From a bacterium (GTDB lineage: Bacteria; Patescibacteriota; Microgenomatia; UBA10105; UBA927), in contig JAKAFY010000006.1 in assembly GCA_021817785.1 (NCBI GenBank), forward strand, positions 2,067-66,066: a stretch of DNA of 64,000 bases, read 5' to 3'. Shown piece after piece: positions 1 through 7,637 of the stretch; within the stretch, counting starts at the first letter, position 1; every line of letters starts with the position of its first letter. A model generated the notes under the pieces. It made no database searches, was not told where the DNA came from, and was given only the letters and a program-made list of their open reading frames with translations. The translations under genes and the position numbers were made by a program.

Positions 1-1351
1 GGTAGGCTGTCATTTTCCGATCCAAATCGCTCTGCAGCCGCTTCTTTTCCGGACCAAGCTTTACTTTTGTGGCAGCTTCTTCCAGATCAATCATGTCAAT
101 CTCTTTTTTATTTTCGCGTGCTGCCAGAATTGCCGATTCGTTTAACATGTTCTCCAAATCCGCGCCGGAAAACCCGACGGTCCGTTTGGCTACCCTGTCC
201 CAATCAACCGCCGATGCAAACGGTTTGCCGTGTGCGTGAATCCCGAGAATGGCTTTCCTGCCTTCCATATCCGGCAAATCGAGTACTACCCGTCTATCAA
301 ACCGTCCGGGCCGAAGCAATGCCGGATCCAGTAAATCTCCGCGATTTGTCGCGGCAACCAGAAGGACTGCTGTATTTGGTTCAAATCCATCCATCTCGAC
401 TAATATCTGGTTGAGCGTCTGTTCGCGCTCATCGTGACCACCCATGATGCCGACACTGCGCATCCTGCCGATGGCGTCAATTTCATCGATAAAGATGATG
501 GCCGGCGCGCTTTTTTTGGCCTGGGCAAACAAATCCCGTACCCGGGCGGCCCCTACTCCGACTAACATTTCCATAAATTCAGAACCAGCAATACTGAAAA
601 ATGCGGTATGTGCCTCTCCTGCCATCGCTTTGGCCAACAACGTCTTTCCGGTTCCGGAAGGCCCCACCAAAATAACGCCTTTGGGGGTTCGTGCACCGAG
701 CGCTTTATATTTTGCAGGATTTTTCAGAAAGTCGACGACCTCTTCCAGTTCTTTTTTGGCATCGTCTACCCCCGCCACATCTTTAAACGTTACCTTGGGC
801 AAATCCTTATTCCAGATACGTGCTTTGCTTTGTCCGAATGAAAAGATGTTGTCCTGTGCGCCTCTTGCTTGCCGAAACAAAAAGAAAAGGAACGCGATGG
901 TCAGGATAAACGGCAACACATTGGAGATAAGCCCGGCCCACATCGTTGCCGCACTCAAGTCTTTTACGTTGATGGAAACTGTCTTGGGGTCTACTCCGGA
1001 TTTTTGTAACACATCGACTAACGAGTCCTGCGACTCTTTGATAGCAGTGTATTTGGTGCCGTCTTTATCCGTTACCGTGAGCTTGGTGTCTTCTACATCA
1101 ATTGACTTTACCTTCCCTGCTTTCACGTCGTTTACTACAGTGGAAAGCGGCTTACTGGTCAGAAGCGATGCCTGGTTGCCGATGCTGCCGAGTATTGAAA
1201 ATATGATAAAGAAGACAAACAGACCGATGACAATATTTTTAAAATTCAACTGCATCTGCAACTGGAAGATTTTTTTGGATTTTTTCCCATTTTTGCCATG
1301 GGCGTGGCCGTTATCAGTATGTTTTCCCGGTGGTGTTTGTTTCTCTGCCAT
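1..1351 (-). CDS. ftsH: ATP-dependent zinc metalloprotease FtsH (3' end outside the window)
   Basis: Missed by the ORF track, but the + strand ORF 444..1379 is its antisense shadow. The reverse strand reads ATG GCA GAG AAA from 1351, with two TM segments, Walker [29 protein letters not shown], Walker B IIFIDEID and [22 protein letters not shown]. Confidence 0.95.
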   Translation of the reverse strand, partial: MAEKQTPPGKHTDNGHAHGKNGKKSKKIFQLQMQLNFKNIVIGLFVFFIIFSILGSIGNQASLLTSKPLSTVVNDVKAGKVKSIDVEDTKLTVTDKDGTKYTAIKESQDSLVDVLQKSGVDPKTVSINVKDLSAATMWAGLISNVLPFILTIAFLFFLFRQARGAQDNIFSFGQSKARIWNKDLPKVTFKDVAGVDDAKKELEEVVDFLKNPAKYKALGARTPKGVILVGPSGTGKTLLAKAMAGEAHTAFFSIAGSEFMEMLVGVGAARVRDLFAQAKKSAPAIIFIDEIDAIGRMRSVGIMGGHDEREQTLNQILVEMDGFEPNTAVLLVAATNRGDLLDPALLRPGRFDRRVVLDLPDMEGRKAILGIHAHGKPFASAVDWDRVAKRTVGFSGADLENMLNESAILAARENKKEIDMIDLEEAATKVKLGPEKKRLQSDLDRKMTAY

Positions 1352-1476
1352 ACGTTTATTAATGTCTATTCCCCGATAGGGAATTCTATTCTTATGATCG
1401 CCTGAGGGCGGCGGGTGGCCCGGCGTATTGAGCGTCAAGTATACCACGTTCACCGCTGCATATCACCTGAAGAATA

Positions 1477-3408
1477 TTAACGGATTTTCGCTCCAACTGG
1501 CATCCCGTCTCCGGAAATAAAGAGCGGCTTGGATGTATCCGCACTGTCTACGGCAAGGATCATCCCCTGGCTTTCCTCATCAAGCATTTTCCGGGGCGCC
1601 AGGTTGGTAATAAAGAAAAATTGCTTTCCGTTAAAGTCTTCGGGTGTATATCCAAACCCTCGCACGCCAGTGAATATAATCCTCGGTGTTTCTTCGGCTA
1701 TATCGACGACCAACCGGATGAGTTTTTCACTCCCCTCTTTATTTCGTGCTTCCAAAACTTTTCCCACCCGCACTTCCATTTTGGCAAATTCATCAATACT
1801 AATCGTCATTCTGGCCCGCTTCGCCTCCGCTCCAGCGAGGCGAGCTTGTCCAGAATCAGCCACCTTCGCATGCTTGTGTCCTCCTACTGAGTATTTCGTC
1901 GTCAATCCCACCGCTTCCCGTACGTCACCCATCGTTTTATCTGCCTTTGACATGGCGGCAGTGTATCCGCGCTGGAGTATGCCGCGTACCAATTCTGGAC
2001 TATTTTTCAGTTCTTCGTACGCTTTCCGTGCCGGCGCAAAGTACGTCATCAGGCTTTTAAATAAATAGTCCTTTACCTCAACATCCGACACCTTACCTGC
2101 TACATATGCCTTCTTGAGGGCGTCCACTTTTTTCGGCTCTCCGAAAAATCCAAGATACGTAAACACCATGTTCCCCTCTATATGTCCGGGGTCTGTCGCG
2201 TGCTTTCTCGTCGGATCGGTGTATGTACTGTTCACCTGTTTTCGCAAAACGTCTTCCGATTCAAATATGGAAATGATATTCCCAAGCGATTTACTCATCT
2301 TGCGTTTCCCGTCGGTGCCCAATACTGCCCCGACATCCTCCGGTATCATCGGCTCGGGCAACGTAAATATCTTCTTTTTGTATGTTCTGTTAAACCGCTC
2401 TGCTATGTCGCGCGTAATCTCCACATGCTGCTTCTGATCTTTCCCGACCGGCACAAAATCCGGGTGATACATGAGGATATCTGCCGCCATCAGAATCGGA
2501 TAGTTAAAGAGTCCGAGATTTATGTCGTCTTCCGCGACGTCTTTTTGCAACTTATCTTTGTACGCATGCGCGCGCTTGAGCAGCCCAAGTGGCGTGACAT
2601 TGTTGATGATCGACTGCAATTCCCCATGCAAACCGATATCCGATTGCCGATAAAACACTAATCGATCAAATTCTTCTTTCGACAAAAATCCTTTCAGGAG
2701 GGCGAGCTCATTGAGAATAAGATTCTCGATATTCGTTGCCAGATGCTTTTTGTCCTGAATCGTTGTCAGTCCGTGCATATCCGCGACAAACAGGAAACAT
2801 TCATTGGATTTTGCTATCTGAATAAACTGTTTGACTGCTCCCAAATAATTTCCGATATGCAGCGTCCCGTCCCCGCTTGGGGTGATACCCGATACGATTC
2901 GTTTATCTTTTACGTCTTTAGAGGCGATAACTGTATGAGTCGCGACAACATCACAAAAATCCACAAGATTAACTCCCGGCAATTTCTTTAAGTCGGCTGT
3001 CTTGTAACGAATGGTAACGAGTAGACTTCCAGATCCCGCATTGATATATTCTTTCTCAAATATTTTTTTATCGATGTATGTTGGTACATTCGGAATGTAG
3101 ACACTCGCTGCTCCACTCGGCACACCCGTTATATCAGCAAATTCTTCTTCGTTTGCCATCCGTAATGCAGTTACTCCAAGGTATTTCTTTACCTTCGTAC
3201 TATCTAGCTTTGTGTCTCCCCGTCGGATAATTGCCACAAAGCGATCATCAGCTTTCATGAGCAACGTCGCTGCCGCGTCACCCATACTAAATCCCAAATA
3301 TTTCTGTACCTCTGCGACAGAAATTAATTGCGGGTGTTCAAGCACCTGATGCTCAATTCCAAATTTTATTAACTGGTGAATATAATCCTGAACGGTTTTA
3401 TTATTCAT
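1477..3408 (-). CDS. trpS: Bacterial-type tryptophan--tRNA ligase fused to an N-terminal YbaK/ProX-like domain and a C-terminal tRNA-binding OB domain (Trbp111/MetRS-C like)
   Basis: Motifs SGITPSG..LHIGNYLG, VPVGKDQKQH and KMSKS. The first ~150 aa are YbaK-like (EHPQ, LRMANEEE..ITGVPSG, INAGSG). The C-terminus ISIDEFAKMEVRVGKV..KLIRLVVD..NLAPRKM..ESQGMILA is an OB tRNA-binding domain. SD GGAGG upstream. Confidence 0.9.
   Translation of the reverse strand: MNNKTVQDYIHQLIKFGIEHQVLEHPQLISVAEVQKYLGFSMGDAAATLLMKADDRFVAIIRRGDTKLDSTKVKKYLGVTALRMANEEEFADITGVPSGAASVYIPNVPTYIDKKIFEKEYINAGSGSLLVTIRYKTADLKKLPGVNLVDFCDVVATHTVIASKDVKDKRIVSGITPSGDGTLHIGNYLGAVKQFIQIAKSNECFLFVADMHGLTTIQDKKHLATNIENLILNELALLKGFLSKEEFDRLVFYRQSDIGLHGELQSIINNVTPLGLLKRAHAYKDKLQKDVAEDDINLGLFNYPILMAADILMYHPDFVPVGKDQKQHVEITRDIAERFNRTYKKKIFTLPEPMIPEDVGAVLGTDGKRKMSKSLGNIISIFESEDVLRKQVNSTYTDPTRKHATDPGHIEGNMVFTYLGFFGEPKKVDALKKAYVAGKVSDVEVKDYLFKSLMTYFAPARKAYEELKNSPELVRGILQRGYTAAMSKADKTMGDVREAVGLTTKYSVGGHKHAKVADSGQARLAGAEAKRARMTISIDEFAKMEVRVGKVLEARNKEGSEKLIRLVVDIAEETPRIIFTGVRGFGYTPEDFNGKQFFFITNLAPRKMLDEESQGMILAVDSADTSKPLFISGDGMPVGAKIR
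1814..1845. repeat. GC-rich palindromic element inside the trpS linker
   Basis: gcccgcttcgc-N10-gcgaggcgagc imperfect inverted repeat, encoding ARLAGAEAKRA between the TrpRS and OB domains. Confidence 0.55.
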
Positions 3409-3427
3409 ATGCCTCCTATAATTATAC

Positions 3428-4558
3428 TTAATCCAAATACGATTGTATCGGTCGAGTTAATAAATATACCTCCTTGTCTTGTGCTGCTATTTTTTTCTGC
3501 TGATGAGAGAAAACTACAGAAGTTATACATCGCTTCGCGATTTCCTTTAGTTCCTTCGTCAACAATTCTCCTTTTGTATATCGTGAATACAAATCCTGCA
3601 ACTCGCGGTCGCTTTCTAAGTATGCGCTCAAGAGCGCAAACACCGAACAGGCCTCCGGCACTGCACCGAATTTTCGATGTTCCTCGAGTGAACTGACAGC
3701 ACCCGTAAACGCAGAGGCGATCTTTTTTCCTATCACCTCCGAGGTGTCAGACAAATAAATAGCCGTTTCTGGTTTAGAACCGGACATTTTTTGTTCCGGA
3801 TCTTTAAGACTTGGGAGAAACCGCATGACAAGCTCCGACGGAGGTACCATCCCCATACGTTTTGCCACATCCCGGGCAAGCAAGATATACGGATGCTGAT
3901 CTATGCCAACCGGAATCAGGGTATGTTTCGGTCCGCCAAATTCCGGCAGCTGTGGCATAAGTATTTCTGCAAGCTGCACACACCCTCGATAAAATATCTG
4001 TCCCGGAGTAACAAGTGACTCTTTTCCAAACAGACTTTCCACTTCTGCCATTGAGACATATTTACTCAGCCGCATTGCAAACGGGTACAGCGTTGGGTAT
4101 TCCGTATCTACATAAATATGTGTGCGTTTTGGGTCAAATCCGAAGGCAATAATACTAGGCAATATTTCCTCATACGCTACGCGTTTACTCTCCCCCATCG
4201 TTTGCACTTTACCGTCGATATACGATTCGTCGTTCGTTAGAGGAATATATATTCGTCCCCCTAATTTCTGCAACGACAACAAGAGATCAAATAATATTTG
4301 ATGCCCAAGATGCAGTGTTGATGATGGATTCAATCCCGAAACCACTACGAATTCTTTCTTGTCAGCGATCAATTCCAAAATCGGTTCAAAGTCCAAGTGT
4401 GCGATCACTAAATCACGTTTGAGTTGCCGAAACATAAGATCATCCGGCAGATAAGCCTTAATCCTTCTCATATCAGTCAGACCGTTCTTCACACTTTGAT
4501 CCCGATAATATATTGCCAGCCTTTTTTTGATCGCTATTTTTTCCTGATATTCGTTCAT
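3428..4558 (-). CDS. trpS: Archaeal/eukaryotic-type tryptophan--tRNA ligase
   Basis: SGLNPSSTLHLGH, IPLTNDESY, IPVGIDQHPY, KMSGS and AFTGAVSSLEEHRKFGAVPEACSVF (archaeal-type anticodon-domain signature). Start placed at MNEYQE (4558), which overlaps the upstream stop and has an SD GGAGG. Confidence 0.85.
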   Translation of the reverse strand: MNEYQEKIAIKKRLAIYYRDQSVKNGLTDMRRIKAYLPDDLMFRQLKRDLVIAHLDFEPILELIADKKEFVVVSGLNPSSTLHLGHQILFDLLLSLQKLGGRIYIPLTNDESYIDGKVQTMGESKRVAYEEILPSIIAFGFDPKRTHIYVDTEYPTLYPFAMRLSKYVSMAEVESLFGKESLVTPGQIFYRGCVQLAEILMPQLPEFGGPKHTLIPVGIDQHPYILLARDVAKRMGMVPPSELVMRFLPSLKDPEQKMSGSKPETAIYLSDTSEVIGKKIASAFTGAVSSLEEHRKFGAVPEACSVFALLSAYLESDRELQDLYSRYTKGELLTKELKEIAKRCITSVVFSHQQKKIAAQDKEVYLLTRPIQSYLD

Positions 4559-5496
4559 ATGCCCTCCAATCCTAGTGGTGTATAGATACACTCACGAAGC
4601 TGACTCAGCGTGTCCTTGGAAATCTTCACACCAAGGAATTCCCGTGCCATTTCTGTAATGGCGTGTATATCTTTCACTGGATGGACGGTGTCCGGGTTTT
4701 CGGATTCAAACGATGTTTCAAGTAATTCCTTTGCCCGTATGAAAGATGTTTCTCCCAGGATGATGCGGAAGTCCTGCAGTTTATTACTCCCCGCCTTGTA
4801 CGGGGTCACCCCGTATTCCTCTATCTCTGGGTGCGTGAGAAAAAATGCGAAATTTTTTCCGAGCGGCTGAGTCGGCGTGAGATATATACTCTTTAATTTT
4901 CCGGGCATAATCTTTTCTCCGGCTTCGTCATAAAATCGCTCCCGTGGGGGTCCGATTTTCATATCAAATAATAATCCGGTCGCGACAGCATCAAGTGCAT
5001 ATCCAAACTTCTTTTTCCGTTCTTCTGCCAACTTATTTGGCAATATGGTTTTAGATAAGAGAGGTTCAATAACCTTTAAATCAACCTTTGCGATTTCGGC
5101 TCGGAGCTTTTTGTATTCATCGGTCATAAATTGTTCACTCATCAAACGAATCTTTATCGGTAATCGGTATACAGCAATGATCTTATTTAATAACTCGATC
5201 CGACTATTTAGTGACGACCTGATGTGCTCCCTCTTTTGAACTGTTGAGTCGTTCATAAACGATGCCGTATCGGCAACCACGACGGTAGCTACTGCTGATA
5301 GTTTTTTCTGAAGATTACTTAACGTAAAGTAATACTTCAGACAATCAATCGGCATACCAAACTCATCGACGGTTTCTCCGTAAAAAAGCCGTATCGGTTT
5401 ATGATTCAATTTAAAATCTCCAAGCGCACCATAGACTCCCCCGCTCTCACGTAGGAAGCGCGCAAATTCGTTCGTTATGACTTTTTGCCTTTTCAT
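4555..5496 (-). CDS. Uncharacterised protein resembling a degenerate class Ic aminoacyl-tRNA-synthetase catalytic (Rossmann) domain
   Basis: 313 aa with SD AAGGAGG. RLFYGET..LQKK..ATVVVAD and KIGPPRERFYD fall at the spacing of the TyrRS/TrpRS beta-strand and GxDQ elements, but there is no HIGH or KMSKS. The fold call is by eye. Confidence 0.5.
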   Translation of the reverse strand: MKRQKVITNEFARFLRESGGVYGALGDFKLNHKPIRLFYGETVDEFGMPIDCLKYYFTLSNLQKKLSAVATVVVADTASFMNDSTVQKREHIRSSLNSRIELLNKIIAVYRLPIKIRLMSEQFMTDEYKKLRAEIAKVDLKVIEPLLSKTILPNKLAEERKKKFGYALDAVATGLLFDMKIGPPRERFYDEAGEKIMPGKLKSIYLTPTQPLGKNFAFFLTHPEIEEYGVTPYKAGSNKLQDFRIILGETSFIRAKELLETSFESENPDTVHPVKDIHAITEMAREFLGVKISKDTLSQLRECIYTPLGLEGI

Positions 5497-5547
5497 ACCT
5501 CCTTCTTTCTATGAACTATTTACTGGCCATTCTACGAACTAACTCTG

Positions 5548-5618
5548 TGGGATCACTAGGATTTGAACCTAGACTAAGTGTTCTGGAAACACTTGTGCTA
5601 CCGTTACACCATGAACCC
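5548..5618 (-). tRNA. tRNA-Trp(CCA) with G1:C72 and A73
   Basis: GGGTTCA TG GTGT AACGGTA GCAC A AGTGT TT-CCA-GA ACACT TAGT CTAGG TTCAAAT CCTAG TGATCCC A. Full cloverleaf, U4:U69 mismatch, CCA end not encoded. Confidence 0.93.
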
Positions 5619-5624
5619 AAGGTA

Positions 5625-5909
5625 TTAACTTTTTCCTAAAAATCTCTCCAATATTGACCGCTCTCTTCCACATGGCATCATGTTTCTCTGGCCCTTCGTC
5701 AACCTGCTTGCGACCGGACATGTCTCTTGTATTCGACACAGTTGTACCAATGCTTTCTGAGCTACGACTATCCTTGGCTTCCCAAGCCTGGCATGTTCAG
5801 GTTGGGCGGCTAAAGACCTGATCCGTACATCAGCACACACTCCCACATCCTGCGATATCCCGGCAGCTAGCTTGCGACACTTATCTGTTTCCATTCTCGT
5901 TTGCGTCAT
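5625..5909 (-). CDS. Small hypothetical Cys-containing protein (94 aa)
   Basis: ATG-started ORF (MTQTRMETDKC..) filling the gap between the T-box terminator and tRNA-Trp. No recognisable motif. Confidence 0.35.
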   Translation of the reverse strand: MTQTRMETDKCRKLAAGISQDVGVCADVRIRSLAAQPEHARLGKPRIVVAQKALVQLCRIQETCPVASRLTKGQRNMMPCGRERSILERFLGKS

Positions 5910-5933
5910 ATAAATATTGAATACACAACCATC

Positions 5934-6019
5934 AAAAAAGCCCTTGCACATCCCCAAGAGCCTCTTGTTCTGATGTTTTAAAACATCAAAACAAAACTCT
6001 TTAGAAATCTGCAAGGGCC
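5934..6019 (-). terminator. Long intrinsic terminator of the Trp T-box
   Basis: GCCCTTGCA...TGCAAGGGC followed by TTTTTT on the minus strand, with an internal palindrome TGATGTTTTAAAACATCA. The 5' arm overlaps the 3' strand of the antiterminator. Confidence 0.8.
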
Positions 6020-6054
6020 TTTATTAGCGTTGTTATTCGCGCGTATTCACCTTT

Positions 6055-6089
6055 CTGTGAACCGTGAACCAATAACTATGAACTAATGA
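6055..6089. repeat. Degenerate 7-nt tandem repeats
   Basis: ctgtgaa-ccgtgaa-ccaataa-ctatgaa-ctaatga, inside the antiterminator loop. Related units occur at ~5510-5543. Confidence 0.55.
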
Positions 6090-6195
6090 AGGGGTACCAC
6101 CCTTTCTTTGTTGTTCCGCCCACTAAAAAACTCCCTTTCGGGAGTCTGTCACTACTGAGGCGGAAAAACCTCATTATTGACATACTCCGACCTCG

Positions 6196-6221
6196 TCCAC
6201 CGTAGCTTATGCGAAGGTGGA
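6196..6221 (-). repeat. REP-like palindromic element (copy 1)
   Basis: Minus strand TCCACCTTCGCATAAGCTACGGTGGA, near-identical to 7485-7512. Confidence 0.7.
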
Positions 6222-6402
6222 TTCGCGACATATGTTGACAGTCTTTTTACGGTTTCACCTCCGGATAAGACATTCTTTCGATAGCCCTATCAGCGTTTAG
6301 CTCTCGCTAATTGAGGAAATCCCAATCAATCCCCTCACCGCTTGTATTCACTTGTGAGGATATAGTATAGCACACCTGTCAAAATCACAACATATTTTGC
6401 CT

Positions 6403-6431
6403 TTGCTGAGCGTCATGCATTGCGCTATAAT
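6403..6431 (+). promoter_or_regulatory. sigma70-type promoter for the initiator-type tRNA
   Basis: TTGCTG-17 nt-TATAAT, 20 nt before the tRNA. Confidence 0.65.
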
Positions 6432-6451
6432 ACTCATGCACATTCATATAC

Positions 6452-6521
6452 CGCGGGGTAGTGTAAAGTCGCACAGGAGGCTCATAATCTCCTAGGCCGG
6501 GTGCGATTCCCGGCCCCGCAA
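6452..6521 (+). tRNA. tRNA-Met(CAT), initiator-type (C1xA72)
   Basis: CGCGGGG/CCCCGCA acceptor stem, anticodon arm GGAGG CT-CAT-AA TCTCC, T arm CCGGG TGCGATT CCCGG. Confidence 0.88.
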
Positions 6522-6549
6522 CAGATAGTAAATAGCGCCTATACAGGCG

Positions 6550-7410
6550 CTATTTTTTTATCGATTCCAGCCATGATATGAGATACGTTCCGGTGCGCGC
6601 GCCAGGCCGCAGCCGAAGCAGGGTAAACCGATAATCCGGCGATTGTATGATCCCCGGCCGAGTCGTGGTAGCGGTCCGAAATCCTGCGGCAGATACGGCA
6701 ATTACCGCAGCCGAATCATAGGATCCATACGGATACGCAAAATCAATCACCGGTTTTCCGATCAGATGTTCTAATTGCGTTTTGCTTCCGTAAATTTCCG
6801 CGTGCAAAAGTTGCGGTGATATTCCTTTGAGACTCACATGGTGCACGGTGTGGGCTGCCACTTCCACTAGCCCGCTGGATGCGATATCCATCACTTCCTG
6901 TTTTGTCATATAGTTTGGTTTATCTAAAAATCCTGGTACCACGTAGGACGTTGCTTTCACATGATATTTTTGCAATATCGGGTAGGCATCCGTATAAAAA
7001 TCCCGATATCCGTCATCAAACGTAAAAACGATCGGCTTATCGGGCAATGTCCCTTTTCCGTCCAGATATGCCGCCAGATCACTCATAAATATCGGGGTAT
7101 ACCCATGAGACAGAAAGGTGGCAATTTGTGCATCCATCGTTTTCGGCAAAATATCCAGCCCTTCACGGATGGTGTCTTTCGGGTCTTTCACGATTTCCAC
7201 ATAGTGATACATCAGTATTGGCACGCGCACAGGCTGTACAAGCACGGGGCGCGCGGTGGGTGTGGGAATTGGGCGTTCTGTCGGGCGTATGAAAAGATAC
7301 GGAAGATGCAAAATGGTTCTGCCGCTTTTCGGCATCGTTACGATGCTCCACGTTCCTATCCCAAAACAGATACAAAGTATCACAATGCCCGCTGTTAATT
7401 TGGTATTCAT
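6550..7410 (-). CDS. Polysaccharide deacetylase (CE4/NodB, IcaB-like), N-terminal membrane anchor
   Basis: VPILMYH, FTFDDGY, AHTVHH and FAYPYG motifs. Confidence 0.9.
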   Translation of the reverse strand: MNTKLTAGIVILCICFGIGTWSIVTMPKSGRTILHLPYLFIRPTERPIPTPTARPVLVQPVRVPILMYHYVEIVKDPKDTIREGLDILPKTMDAQIATFLSHGYTPIFMSDLAAYLDGKGTLPDKPIVFTFDDGYRDFYTDAYPILQKYHVKATSYVVPGFLDKPNYMTKQEVMDIASSGLVEVAAHTVHHVSLKGISPQLLHAEIYGSKTQLEHLIGKPVIDFAYPYGSYDSAAVIAVSAAGFRTATTTRPGIIQSPDYRFTLLRLRPGARTGTYLISWLESIKK

Positions 7411-7484
7411 AGAGCAGATTATACCGTATCCTCACGCTTCCTGCGTTGCCTTTTCCTGGGTATTTTCGTAAAATGAAGCCTACA

Positions 7485-7512
7485 GCCCACCTTCGCTAAA
7501 GCTTCGGCGGGC
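7485..7512 (+). repeat. REP-like palindromic element (copy 2)
   Basis: GCCCACCTTCGCTAAAGCTTCGGCGGGC hairpin 3 nt before the tRNA. Confidence 0.7.
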
Positions 7513-7515
7513 AAT

Positions 7516-7587
7516 GCCAGCGTAGCTCAGTGGTAGAGCAGTGTCTTCATAAGGCATTTGTCGCAAGTCCGATCCTTGCCGCTGGCA
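7516..7587 (+). tRNA. tRNA with CAT anticodon, probably elongator Met (Ile2 not excluded)
   Basis: GCCAGCG/CGCTGGC-A, D arm GCTC..GAGC, GTGTC TT-CAT-AA GGCAT, T arm GCAAG TCCGATC CTTGC. Confidence 0.88.
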
Positions 7588-7637
7588 CCCGATCCCCTAC
7601 CGGTATTCGCATACCAAAAGCGTGTCCACATGGACGT

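Larger units (their letters stand above)
5934..6345 (-). promoter_or_regulatory. T-box riboswitch, candidate Trp specifier
   Basis: Antiterminator AAGGG-TGGTACC-CCTT...AAGG-CCCTT (bulge 6093-6099). A 5' hairpin TGAGGGGAT/ATTTCCTCA has TGG (6322-6324) in its loop. Extended -10 TGcTATACT just upstream (~6364-6372). Confidence 0.85.

Noticed and set aside
444-1379. 311-aa + strand ORF
   Set aside because: Antisense shadow of ftsH. Most other short overlapping ORFs in the track were dismissed for the same reason.
1477-5618. UGA-to-Trp or other stop-codon recoding as the reason for two TrpRSs
   Set aside because: The tRNA anticodon is CCA, not UCA, and TGA ends conserved genes at expected positions (rpmH, valS, rnhA, yidD region).
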